Shown in pieces: positions 17,645 through 26,849 of a stretch of DNA of 64,000 nucleotides. A program made the position numbers and the translations under genes. Origin of the DNA: a virus. The notes beneath the pieces were generated by a model. That model saw only the letters and a program-made list of their open reading frames with translations, searched no databases and was not told where the DNA came from. The DNA is taken from UHGV virus genome UHGV-0385297, one strand, 5' to 3'. Numbering within the stretch: the stretch's first letter is position 1; every line of letters starts with the position of its first letter.

Positions 17645-18112
17645 ATGATTTATAAATTAGTATTAGGTGATTGGTCAGATGATGGACATGGAATTTCAAA
17701 GGATTTTTTATTTGAATGTAATTACGATGTACACAAAATTAGACAAGCATATAAAGATAGCTGTAAAAAGTTAGGCGTTACATTTAATCATAATAAAGAT
17801 TATACAGGTCTTGGGTTAGGATATGGAAACGAGAGACAGGTGTGGACTGAATATGAGGAAGATGGTATTAGTAAAACAGCATTTGAAATTTTAGATAAGG
17901 CTAACTGTTTTAATGGAATAGAATATTACGAAGATAATGATAAATATTACATTGAGTGTGATGAAGACTGTGCGAAACTTATTATTAATTTTATTGCCTT
18001 ATCTATGCCAGAAGATTTTACATACAAACTAATCGAGCAGGAATATGAATATATCAATGGTTATTGGAATGATGAATTAAATCATCAATTTGGATATGGA
18101 TTATTTGATTAG
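17645..18112 (+). CDS. hypothetical protein
   Basis: RBS GGAAGGAGAAAAT. Confidence 0.4.
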   Translation: MIYKLVLGDWSDDGHGISKDFLFECNYDVHKIRQAYKDSCKKLGVTFNHNKDYTGLGLGYGNERQVWTEYEEDGISKTAFEILDKANCFNGIEYYEDNDKYYIECDEDCAKLIINFIALSMPEDFTYKLIEQEYEYINGYWNDELNHQFGYGLFD

Positions 18113-18222
18113 CAGGAATGAAGCATTTCTTGTTGATTTTATCTAAGAGCGTTTCTGCTCACAATTTCCAAATAAAAGAGAGAATATATAAGTGACAATA
18201 AAATTTTAAAGGAGATGTCACT

Positions 18223-18924
18223 ATGAGCAAAAAGAATTTTTTTAAAGGTCTTAAATTTCATTATCGTTTTAACGATAAGGAGTTATTAGACAAATATGAA
18301 ACTATTGAAGATTTCTTAAATACGAGTTTTCCCAAGAACAATAATCCATTATCACCAAATTTGGATACAGAAATTTTTAAGATTGTTTGGAATAGACATT
18401 TACTTTCTGATTATATTCCTAACCAGATTAAAACAGTAAAAGATTTGTTAATTATTTTGAGTAATGAAGATATTTGTAATACTTTATTAACTAAGCAATT
18501 TTGCAAATCAAAACTAAAGCAAAAACAAAAACACGAGGACTTGATTCGCAAAGAAGTATATTCCATTGATGAAGTTAGAGAAAAAGTAAAAGACATTCTA
18601 TTTGAAAAAGATAAGAGAAATGCAAAGATTGATTTCGATGGAGATTTGATTAAGGGTAACAGTCAAAGATATCAGACTTTTTTCACAAAAGGTTGTAAAT
18701 GCGCAATTTGTGGAATTGAAGGAAAATATTTTGCAAAAGAAAGACATTTACAAGATAAAGCATATCATCTGAATTTATATGCAGTTGATGATAATGGTGA
18801 TGAAATTTTAATGACAAAAGATCATATTATACCACGTTCAAAAGGTGGTATTGATGATATTAGTAACTATCAAACAATGTGTAAGCTTTGTAATGAAGCT
18901 AAAGGTAACAAATTAGAAGATTAA
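18223..18924 (+). CDS. HNH endonuclease (freestanding homing-endonuclease type)
   Basis: C-terminal CAICG...DHIIPRSKGGIDDISNYQTMCKLCNEAKGN has the HNH motif with Zn-coordinating Cys pairs. Confidence 0.6.
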   Translation: MSKKNFFKGLKFHYRFNDKELLDKYETIEDFLNTSFPKNNNPLSPNLDTEIFKIVWNRHLLSDYIPNQIKTVKDLLIILSNEDICNTLLTKQFCKSKLKQKQKHEDLIRKEVYSIDEVREKVKDILFEKDKRNAKIDFDGDLIKGNSQRYQTFFTKGCKCAICGIEGKYFAKERHLQDKAYHLNLYAVDDNGDEILMTKDHIIPRSKGGIDDISNYQTMCKLCNEAKGNKLED

Positions 18925-19011
18925 AAAGAAAGGAAAAATTAGAAAAGTTCCTATAGGATAAAGTGCGCACTACTTACTAAGGTAAGATGGAACTTGGAAC
19001 AGAAAAAATTT

Positions 19012-19914
19012 ATGGATATCGCCCGTATCAAAGAGGATACGGAGTTAACGGCAGCAAATACAAATGGTTTTCATGTAGGGGATCATGTAGTAATTCAGAC
19101 TAAATTTGACGGAGCAAATGCATCTTTCAGATACAATGAAGAAACAGGGGAACTTGACACTTTTTCTCGCAAGCAGCCACTTACATATGACAGTACATTA
19201 TCTGGTTTTTGGAATTTTGTAAAAACACTGGATGCAGATAAATTTAAGAAATATCCAAATTATGTATTCTTTGGAGAATGGGCTGTAAAAAATAAGATTA
19301 TTTATAAACCAGAATATAGAAAAATTTGGCTTATGTATGATGTTTATGACGTAGAAAATAAATGTTATTTGTCTCAGTCAGAAGTTAAAAGGTTAGCTGA
19401 AGAGTTTGGATTTACATATATCAATACGTGGTATGATGGAGAATTTATTTCTTGGGAACATGTTAAAAGCTTCTTAGATAAAGTAGTTTATTCTGAGTCT
19501 ATCGAAGAAGGGGTAGTGATTAAAAATATGACAAGGCTTAATGACCCTAATTCAAGAACACCATTTGTATTGAAAATTGTAAACGATCAGTTCTCAGAAG
19601 TAATGAAGCAAAAACCAAAAGAAATAAATCCAGAAGTCGAAGCAGCAAAGCAAAAAGCACAGGATATTGTTAATCAGATTGTAACACGTAGACGAGTTGA
19701 AAAAGAGATTTATAAAATGCGAGATGAGGGTATCCTCCCTGAAAAAATTGAACCAATAGATATGAAACTTGTAGCACAGAATCTTCCAAAAAGAATTTTC
19801 AATGATTGTGTTAAGGAAGAAAAAGAAATGGTAGAAACAGCTGGTGAATATTTTAGTAAGATGTGTGGATCTACAGCAATGAAACACGCAAAAAATATTA
19901 TTTTAGGGAATTAA
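19012..19914 (+). CDS. ATP-dependent RNA ligase-family nucleotidyltransferase (Rnl2-like motifs)
   Basis: Motif I KFDGAN, motif III FFGEW, motif IV EGVVIKN, motif V VLKIV in the order and spacing of covalent nucleotidyltransferases. ORF-track TTG start at 18994; ATG at 19012. Confidence 0.5.
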   Translation: MDIARIKEDTELTAANTNGFHVGDHVVIQTKFDGANASFRYNEETGELDTFSRKQPLTYDSTLSGFWNFVKTLDADKFKKYPNYVFFGEWAVKNKIIYKPEYRKIWLMYDVYDVENKCYLSQSEVKRLAEEFGFTYINTWYDGEFISWEHVKSFLDKVVYSESIEEGVVIKNMTRLNDPNSRTPFVLKIVNDQFSEVMKQKPKEINPEVEAAKQKAQDIVNQIVTRRRVEKEIYKMRDEGILPEKIEPIDMKLVAQNLPKRIFNDCVKEEKEMVETAGEYFSKMCGSTAMKHAKNIILGN

Positions 19915-19916
19915 AT

Positions 19917-21239
19917 ATGAGTTGGAATCCAGTATTAAATAAAACTATTGAAATAAAGAACGAATATATAAAGAAATTTGGATATATTACATATGATTAT
20001 TTAGATGGTTATACAAATAAATCTCAAACCTGTTTGGAAAGATGGGTAGAAGAGTTAAATAAACTTGAGCCAATTGATCAATATTCTGAGTATACTGATT
20101 TACTTTCTTGCTTAGAGTTGAATCAGTATAATGATTTTATTTTGTTAAGATACGCAAGATACAGTAACGTATATGATGGAGAAATTGATAATTCAGGTGA
20201 AGATTTTTGGGATAGATATAATGGATTTTATAGAGAATGTAGAAGTATTGTTATAGATATTAGAAATGAATGCATTATTCTTTGTCCATTTAAAAAGTTT
20301 TTCAATATAAATGAACTAGAAGAAACCAATTTAGAGAATATTCAAAGTAGAATTAGTAATGCAAAAACAGTTGAGTTCTCTGATAAATTGGACGGTTCTA
20401 TGCAGACAGCTACTTGGTACGATAATCGAATTGTTATGGCAGGTAGCCAAGCAATCAATCCTGATAATTCATGGAGATTACAAGATGGATATCGGATGAT
20501 CCGTGAGTTGTCTGGATATGAAGAAATGTTAAAAAATAATATTGGACTTACATTTATTTTTGAGTATATTTCATTAAAAGATGCTCATGTAGTTAAATAT
20601 GCAAAAGAACAAGAAGGATTATATCTTATTGGTATAAGAAGCAATGAATTTGGAACAGAATATGATTATAAAACTGTTCTTGATATGGCGAACATTTATA
20701 ATATTCCAACAACAAAACTTTTCGATAAAACATTAGACAAGATTATGAATGAATTAGATGATAAGTCTTCCAATGAGGCTGAAGGTTTTGTTGTCAACAT
20801 TGATGGCTATAAAGTAAAAGTCAAATATAATGATTATGTATATATCCATAAAGCTCTATCTAAACTTTCTTCAATTAATCTAATTATCCGTTCTATCGCA
20901 GATGACAAATATGACGATCTTCTTTCAAAACTTCCTATTGCATACCATGAAAACGTAAAAAGAGTAGCAGCTATTGTAGTGAAATATATTGAATATACTG
21001 AAAAAGAAATAAGAGAATATTATAATAAGGCACCAAAATATGATCAAAAAGAATTTATGGTATATGTCTCAAATAATATTCCTAAAAAGTATCAAGCATA
21101 TTGCAGAGAGTTATATTTTGGTCGTGAGATTAATGTTGTTAGAAGCGGAAATGATAAGCAACCACATTATAAAAAACTAAAAGATATGGGTGTTAAAAAC
21201 TATTCTATAATATTTACTCAGGAGGAAAATGATGAATAA
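19917..21239 (+). CDS. second KxDG nucleotidyltransferase (RNA-ligase/ligase-like) protein
   Basis: Motif I FSDKLDGS, III FIFEY, IV EGFVVNI, V KVKVK. ATG at 19917 with RBS; ORF-track start 19863 overlaps previous gene. Confidence 0.45.
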   Translation: MSWNPVLNKTIEIKNEYIKKFGYITYDYLDGYTNKSQTCLERWVEELNKLEPIDQYSEYTDLLSCLELNQYNDFILLRYARYSNVYDGEIDNSGEDFWDRYNGFYRECRSIVIDIRNECIILCPFKKFFNINELEETNLENIQSRISNAKTVEFSDKLDGSMQTATWYDNRIVMAGSQAINPDNSWRLQDGYRMIRELSGYEEMLKNNIGLTFIFEYISLKDAHVVKYAKEQEGLYLIGIRSNEFGTEYDYKTVLDMANIYNIPTTKLFDKTLDKIMNELDDKSSNEAEGFVVNIDGYKVKVKYNDYVYIHKALSKLSSINLIIRSIADDKYDDLLSKLPIAYHENVKRVAAIVVKYIEYTEKEIREYYNKAPKYDQKEFMVYVSNNIPKKYQAYCRELYFGREINVVRSGNDKQPHYKKLKDMGVKNYSIIFTQEENDE

Positions 21240-22164
21240 ACCAACACTGACGGTATTCGTTGGGCTAAGTGGTAGTGGTAAGTCAACCATTGCCACTCAG
21301 ATTGCCAACGAAAATTCAAACACAGTAATTGTATCATCAGATGCAATTCGTGAGGAATTAACAGGTAATTACGAAGACCAAGAACATAACGAAGAAGTGT
21401 TTAAGATTTTTCACAATAGAATTCGTAAGAATTTGGAAAATAAAAAGAATGTAATAGCAGATGCAACCAACATTACTATGAAGTCACGCAGAGCAATTAT
21501 AACGAAAGTAAATGGATTAGATGTTGAGAAAATCTGTTATTTGATCCCAAAACCATATGAACAGTGCAAGATTGATAATAAGAATAGATTACATCCTGTT
21601 CCAGACGAAGTAATAGACAAACAGATCATGCGGTTTCAAGTGCCATTCTATGAAGAAAATTTCGATAAAATTATTATTCGTAAAGATGATAGTTGGGAAG
21701 AATACAAAATTGGAAGTATTAATCTGTTTTTGGCAATGTTTGGATTTGATCAGAAAAACCCACATCATAACATGACATTAGATGATCATTGCATGAATAC
21801 ATATAACTTGTTCTGCAATAAAATTCCGCATAAAACATTATTAAATCTCGAATATGTTAATGGGTATGCAATGGGAGCAAAACTACACGATTTTGGTAAA
21901 ATCATGGTTCAGACATTTGATGAAAACGGTATTGCTCACTACTATGGACATTCTAGTACAGGATCGTATTTTATTCTTTCTCAAATGGTAAAACCTCTTG
22001 TATGGACAGACGATATGTTATTAGATTGTTGTTTTCTTATCAACTATCATATGATGCCGTTCAATTGGACAAGTGATGAAGCAAATAAACGTTGGAAGAA
22101 AAGATTTGGAGAATATAAATATCAGATGCTATTAGATTTCAATGAATGCGATAAGGCGAGGTAA
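21229..22164 (+). CDS. P-loop polynucleotide-kinase-like domain fused to C-terminal HD phosphohydrolase domain
   Basis: N-terminal VGLSGSGKST Walker A with the downstream D/R pattern of PNK/NK-family kinases. C-terminal HHNMTLDDH...KLHDFGK...GHSST contains the H...HD...H...D metal ligands of HD domains. Confidence 0.5.
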   Translation: MMNKPTLTVFVGLSGSGKSTIATQIANENSNTVIVSSDAIREELTGNYEDQEHNEEVFKIFHNRIRKNLENKKNVIADATNITMKSRRAIITKVNGLDVEKICYLIPKPYEQCKIDNKNRLHPVPDEVIDKQIMRFQVPFYEENFDKIIIRKDDSWEEYKIGSINLFLAMFGFDQKNPHHNMTLDDHCMNTYNLFCNKIPHKTLLNLEYVNGYAMGAKLHDFGKIMVQTFDENGIAHYYGHSSTGSYFILSQMVKPLVWTDDMLLDCCFLINYHMMPFNWTSDEANKRWKKRFGEYKYQMLLDFNECDKAR

Positions 22165-22166
22165 TC

Positions 22167-22768
22167 ATGGGAAATATTTTACAAGATGAAGCTTATTTCT
22201 ATCTGAATGAGTACAAAGATATTGTCAAAACAGAAGATGGATATAAGTTGCAGCCGGTATTTGAAAGACTTCACAATGGAGACATCGTAAGAACTGAATG
22301 TAGCAAGGCTATGAGTAATCAAAATAGTGCAGATAAAATTTGTTTTAGTTGTATTCACTCTACTGAACTTAGTTCAAGTCGGATTTGTAAAATACGAAGT
22401 AAGTTAAACGGCAATCCAAAACGTTTATGCTTAAGTTCATATGTTCATAATTGTGATGCATGTGAATATATTGAACCACTTACTGTTATTCATTCAGAAG
22501 AAGAAATGATTCAGTTTATAGAAAAAACGGAAAATTTTTTTTTCTTGTATCGAATATTATGAATCGTACTATGGGTTTGAACGTAAGTGGGATGAGGAAG
22601 GAAATGGAGAAATTTTAGAGACGGTTGGAGAATATTATAACAGAGGTGGCAAGTTTACATATATTCCAAATAAATATCCAAGTGTGGTCTATTTCGGATT
22701 AGTAGATGATGATTATCTATATAGTTGGAGTTCAGCACATCTAAAATGGATATATTGCGGAGAATGAT
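22167..22768 (+). CDS. hypothetical Cys-containing protein; frame changes at a T9 homopolymer (22535-22543)
   Basis: ORF 22167-22562 stops just after the A4T9 tract. An adjacent frame stays open for another 69 codons to 22768 without any start codon. Suggests sequencing indel or slippage. Confidence 0.3.
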
Positions 22769-22785
22769 AAAGTGAGGTTGAAGAT

Positions 22786-23001
22786 ATGATTGATAGCTCA
22801 GATGTGGTTTCTTATGATAACGGTTGGCAGGCTGGTTATGAAATGGGATTTTCAGACTGTAAAGAAAAGCTGATGAAGGTACTTAGATTAGTGGCTTTGA
22901 GAGCTGTAGAAAAAGAAAATCCTGGATTATACGTTATTCCAGAAGAAAAGTTAAGAAAGATTATGATCGAAGCTGGATTAGATGAAGAGTTCTTAGATTA
23001 A
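22786..23001 (+). CDS. hypothetical small protein
   Basis: RBS GAGGTTGAAGATATG. Confidence 0.35.
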   Translation: MIDSSDVVSYDNGWQAGYEMGFSDCKEKLMKVLRLVALRAVEKENPGLYVIPEEKLRKIMIEAGLDEEFLD

Positions 23002-23006
23002 TGTGT

Positions 23007-23153
23007 TATGTGGTGGCGGAATAGGTAGACGCACAGACGGTCAGGAGACAGGCACAATGAGTAAAAACATCCGGTGATAGCGCCTATGGGTTCGACTCCC
23101 TCCAATGTGAGCAGTGCACGGCTTATGCATGGTGCAAATCCATGCCCACATAG
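23007..23153 (+). ncRNA. atypical long tRNA-like RNA (about 147 nt) with Leu/Tyr-type D-arm and two T-arm-like motifs
   Basis: Terminal helix TATGTGG/CCACATA, U8, and D-arm GCGG-AATAGGTAGA-CGC. Internal GGGTTCGACTCCC plus a 3-prime-proximal T-arm CATGG-TGCAAAT-CCATG. No canonical anticodon arm could be placed, and there are roughly 55 extra nt relative to a type II tRNA. Confidence 0.35.
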
Positions 23154-23179
23154 TAAAAATATAAAAGGAGAATAAGTAT

Positions 23180-23635
23180 ATGAAAATTAATTTTGTTAAA
23201 ATTCATTTTAATCAAACTGAGTCGTATAAATACAAACCAATTAAATATTGCTGTCCTGGAATTATGAGATATCCAATTGTTATTGCCAATGAGGATCTAC
23301 GGGATCAAAATTATGGTTATTATGGAACTGATGATATGCCGAGAGTATGTATCAGTGAAACAATTCACAGACAGGATTGGGATGATGAATGGGATGAAAC
23401 TGAAAATCATGTTATTAATTATTGTCCATATTGTGGAGAGAAGATTGAGCTGGCAGTTGTAGATGAAAAAGACTGCGATGAGTTGTACCAGGAAGTGATA
23501 AACTTACGTAAGAAAAAATGGGCTGAATATATTAAAACAGATAGTAAGAAAAAAGCAAATAAATTAAGACAAGAAGTGGCTGAGTTGGATAATAAGATCA
23601 ATGGATTGTACGAATTGGAGGAGTATAAAGAATGA
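23180..23635 (+). CDS. hypothetical protein with CxxC...CxxC pairs
   Basis: RBS AAAAGGAGAATAAG. Confidence 0.4.
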   Translation: MKINFVKIHFNQTESYKYKPIKYCCPGIMRYPIVIANEDLRDQNYGYYGTDDMPRVCISETIHRQDWDDEWDETENHVINYCPYCGEKIELAVVDEKDCDELYQEVINLRKKKWAEYIKTDSKKKANKLRQEVAELDNKINGLYELEEYKE

Positions 23636-24072
23636 GACAGAGAACAAGAAAGAAATGGCTTAAGAAACATGACCAGTATATTGCTCCGAAAGAATTATGG
23701 AATTTGGATTATACTGTGGCGAAATTTGTATTGCCAAGACTAATTAAATTTAAAGAAAATAGTTCAGGTTTTCCTGGTTATGACGAAGCAGATACTATGG
23801 ATAAGTGGCAAGATATTTTACAGAAGATGATTACCGCTTTTGAATATATCGTCACAGATGACGATTGGTGGGTTGATGATCCGAGATATGATTATTCGGA
23901 TGGCATTCATATAGAAATAGATAAAGATAAAAAAACATTATTTCATTTTCGTATAGACGATTGGGCCAAAGAGATTGAAAACAATCGAGATACAGAGCAG
24001 GATAGACGGAATGAAGCAATCAAAGAAGGGCTAGAGCTGTTTTCTAAATATTTTAGACATTTGTGGTGGTGA
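23632..24072 (+). CDS. hypothetical protein
   Basis: ATGA overlap with upstream stop. Confidence 0.4.
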   Translation: MRQRTRKKWLKKHDQYIAPKELWNLDYTVAKFVLPRLIKFKENSSGFPGYDEADTMDKWQDILQKMITAFEYIVTDDDWWVDDPRYDYSDGIHIEIDKDKKTLFHFRIDDWAKEIENNRDTEQDRRNEAIKEGLELFSKYFRHLWW

Positions 24073-24079
24073 AAACTAT

Positions 24080-24565
24080 ATGTTGTGTGATAGATGTCCA
24101 TATTTTGGTGTTTATCAAAAATGCAATACTATATATTGTATATTTGAAGACGAATCACCACAATATATAGAAAAAATTTCCGATGAAACCCATCTTTCAT
24201 CCAGAAAAATTAGACTCACAGCCACCGATTATAAGAAGAAAAAGTCCCGTGATCGGAGAAATTCAGAGAATAAATATAAGACACATCTAAAATTTCTTTC
24301 TGATAATCTTAAAAGGTATCCTTCGCCTGTATATCCAGTTGATCGAAATGGTAAACCTTCAGAAAAATGGAATTTCCAAAATGGCTCATATACGTTAGGC
24401 GAAATCGCACGATATAAGAGATGCTGGCTTTCTAAAAAAGGACATGGAAATTTAGCCGGATATTACAAAAAGATGGCAAATCGTGCTGTGAGGAAAGATA
24501 AAAACATAATACATAGAGGTTGTTTTTATAAAAAAGTTTATGACTATTGGTGGAAAATAATTTAG
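24080..24565 (+). CDS. hypothetical basic Cys-containing protein
   Basis: ORF only. Confidence 0.35.
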   Translation: MLCDRCPYFGVYQKCNTIYCIFEDESPQYIEKISDETHLSSRKIRLTATDYKKKKSRDRRNSENKYKTHLKFLSDNLKRYPSPVYPVDRNGKPSEKWNFQNGSYTLGEIARYKRCWLSKKGHGNLAGYYKKMANRAVRKDKNIIHRGCFYKKVYDYWWKII

Positions 24566-24606
24566 AGAATATAAATGTGGAGGTGACATAGACGGAGAAT
24601 AAATAT

Positions 24607-24822
24607 ATGAAACAGACATTAAAACCGTGTCCATTTTGTGGTAGTGATAAGTTAAAGATAGATAATCGTAAAGGAACATATTCTATTAGATGTAATAGAT
24701 GCCACGCAAGAGGTTGTACGAGTAGTATTTGGAGCGACAATACTACAATCAGCGAAGAGGATGCTATCAATAAAGCAGTTGAATTATGGAACAGGAGAGT
24801 GGTTTTAGATGGAGCTAAATAA
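24607..24822 (+). CDS. small zinc-ribbon protein (Lar-like restriction-alleviation fold possible)
   Basis: CPFCGSD...CNRCHARG four-Cys ribbon in 71 aa; RBS GACGGAGAATAAATAT. Confidence 0.3.
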   Translation: MKQTLKPCPFCGSDKLKIDNRKGTYSIRCNRCHARGCTSSIWSDNTTISEEDAINKAVELWNRRVVLDGAK

Positions 24823-25039
24823 TAAAACTAAACAATTATTATACATTATAGCTGCTGGTGTGGTACAGGCTACAATAATGATTATTATTTTCTTTGCAGA
24901 ATATTATATGATTTGCATTGATGATAATATGACAGTGTTTCTGACGTCTATTATTATAAGTGATGTACTATTATATACATGGCACTTTCTGTATAAGAAA
25001 GTAGAAAAATTAGGAGAAGATGATAAAGATGAGAAATAA
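24809..25039 (+). CDS. small membrane protein
   Basis: Two hydrophobic helices. Confidence 0.35.
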   Translation: MELNNKTKQLLYIIAAGVVQATIMIIIFFAEYYMICIDDNMTVFLTSIIISDVLLYTWHFLYKKVEKLGEDDKDEK

Positions 25040-25280
25040 AATTGGAGATGTAATTTTAGTTTTAGGATTTCTTATTGGTTTGTATGTAGGTGGATGGCTG
25101 ATGTTAATTAAACCAATTCTTGACTGCTATGCTGCATACGGATCAGGAGCATTAACATGGGGAATAATCGGATGGAATTTCTTGAAGTTCTGTTTTGCTG
25201 GTCCAGTGATTTGGTTTATTGCATGGGGTGGCGCAATTGTAAGACTGGTTGTAGTTAAATGGAATAAAAATAAAGAATAA
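25020..25280 (+). CDS. small membrane protein
   Basis: Hydrophobic, Gly/Trp-rich TM helices. Confidence 0.35.
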   Translation: MIKMRNKIGDVILVLGFLIGLYVGGWLMLIKPILDCYAAYGSGALTWGIIGWNFLKFCFAGPVIWFIAWGGAIVRLVVVKWNKNKE

Positions 25281-25295
25281 GAGAGGAAAGACAAT

Positions 25296-25562
25296 ATGAG
25301 AAAGTTGACTGAAAATGAAGTAGAAATGTTAAAAGGATTAAGTGCAGATGATATTATGAAAGAACTAGAGAATATCTATAAAGATGATAAAGATACGCTG
25401 TTAAAAATTCAGGAATGCGAAAGTATCAAAGAGTCTTTGCAGTGGATCGAGACATATCCTGCTTATGCAAAGTCTTATGAAATGTTTATTGAACATTTAC
25501 GTGAAATGATGGATCAGATTGGATATTATAATGAAGCATTAGTAAATCTTCAGAAGGAATAA
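25296..25562 (+). CDS. hypothetical protein
   Basis: RBS GAGAGGAAAGACAATATG. Confidence 0.4.
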   Translation: MRKLTENEVEMLKGLSADDIMKELENIYKDDKDTLLKIQECESIKESLQWIETYPAYAKSYEMFIEHLREMMDQIGYYNEALVNLQKE

Positions 25563-25598
25563 GAGAATAAATAAGTGGCTGAGAAATCAGTCACATCT

Positions 25599-25671
25599 AG
25601 CGAATTAGTATAATCAGGTAGTACACTGAGGTTTGATCTCAGAAGTATCGGTTCAAATCCGGTATTCGCCG
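25599..25671 (+). tRNA. tRNA-Gln (anticodon UUG)
   Basis: Cloverleaf placed by hand: acceptor AGCGAAT/ATTCGCC (A1-C72 mismatch), U8, D-stem GTAT/GTAC with GG. Anticodon stem CTGAG/CTCAG, loop G-U-UUG-A-U. T-arm ATCGG-TTCAAAT-CCGGT. Confidence 0.6.
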
Positions 25672-25818
25672 TTGGCTCTGATTCATCTGTGATGTGGAAA
25701 GTCGCAGAACGGTGGCAAGAGGATGTAAAACTTTAAAAACAAATTTCCCATCGGATTGTTATTGCTTGGTTGATGCGCAGACTTAAGCAACAGAGCCACT
25801 TAATAAAACGTTTATGGT

Positions 25819-25887
25819 TTCTCATTGGTGTAATAGGAAGCACGGCAGCTCACTCTGCAAAACTTGGTTCGAGTCCAAGATGAGGAA
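25819..25887 (+). tRNA. tRNA-like gene with irregular anticodon arm (identity unresolved)
   Basis: Acceptor TTCTCAT/ATGAGGA, U8, D-arm GTGT-AATAGGAA-GCAC, T-arm CTTGG-TTCGAGT-CCAAG. Only an 18-nt segment sits between D- and T-arms (4-bp stem GCAG/CTGC with 6-nt loop CTCACT). Confidence 0.35.
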
Positions 25888-25916
25888 GTAATAAAAATAA
25901 GAAGGAGTGATAAATA

Positions 25917-26687
25917 TTGAGTGTATTTGTAACAGGCGATTGCCATGGAGATGTAAGCAGATTCAGTAAAGATTGTTTCTATGAACAGAAAGATTTTAGT
26001 GGAAACAAAGATGAAAATTTTGTAATTATCTGTGGTGATTTTGGTCTTGTATGGCAGCGTGATTGTGAAAGTAAATCAGAACATTATTGGTTAGACTGGT
26101 TAGAAGATAAACCATTTACAACTCTATTCGTAGATGGTAATCATAGCAATCATAAGAGAATTGAAAAGTATCCAGTAAAAGAATGGCATGGCGGTATGGT
26201 TCATGAAATTAGACCACATGTTTTACATATGATGCGTGGCGAAGTCTTCAATATTCAAGGTAAAAAATTCTTTGTATTCGGTGGTGCAAGTTCGCACGAT
26301 ATTTCAGATGGTATTCTTGATTATAACGATGAGGATTGGCGAGAGAAAGCCAAGAAATTGGAAGCAAGTGGTAAATGGATGTACCGTGTAAAAGATCTGA
26401 CTTGGTGGGAAGAAGAGTTACCAACTGATCAGGAAATGCAGCATGGTTTGGATAAATTAAAAGAGAATAATAATGTAGTTGATTATATTATCACTCATAG
26501 TCCACCTGCATCAGTTATTGCTCTATTAGGACAAGGCTTATATGAACAAGATATTCTTACGAAGTATTTAGAGAATATTAGAGCAGAGACCGAATATAAA
26601 TATTGGTTCATGGGACATATGCATGTTAATAGGGCAATCAATGATAAAGATATGATTCTGTATGAACAAATCGTACAGATATTATAA
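25917..26687 (+). CDS. calcineurin-like metallophosphoesterase
   Basis: GDCHGD, ICGDFGL, VDGNHSNH and GHMHV motifs (GDxHG / GDxxDRG / GNHE / GH pattern). Confidence 0.6.
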   Translation: MSVFVTGDCHGDVSRFSKDCFYEQKDFSGNKDENFVIICGDFGLVWQRDCESKSEHYWLDWLEDKPFTTLFVDGNHSNHKRIEKYPVKEWHGGMVHEIRPHVLHMMRGEVFNIQGKKFFVFGGASSHDISDGILDYNDEDWREKAKKLEASGKWMYRVKDLTWWEEELPTDQEMQHGLDKLKENNNVVDYIITHSPPASVIALLGQGLYEQDILTKYLENIRAETEYKYWFMGHMHVNRAINDKDMILYEQIVQIL

Positions 26688-26717
26688 AAAAATAAGAAAG
26701 AAAAGAGGAAATTAAGT

Positions 26718-26849
26718 ATGGGAATCACATGTAAATCAATCGGTAAGATGGGAAGTATTATGGCAAAGCTGAATAATGAGCTTGCTAAGGAAAAGGCTGC
26801 AGCTAAGAAGGAAACAAAGAAAAACGACAAGAAGAAGGAGAATAAATAA
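26718..26849 (+). CDS. small Lys-rich protein
   Basis: 43-aa ORF; TAATG coupling to next gene. Confidence 0.25.
   Translation: MGITCKSIGKMGSIMAKLNNELAKEKAAAKKETKKNDKKKENK

Noticed and set aside
23007-25887. CRISPR array or mini-array near the tRNA region
   Set aside because: No regularly spaced direct repeats. Repeats seen are tRNA arms only.
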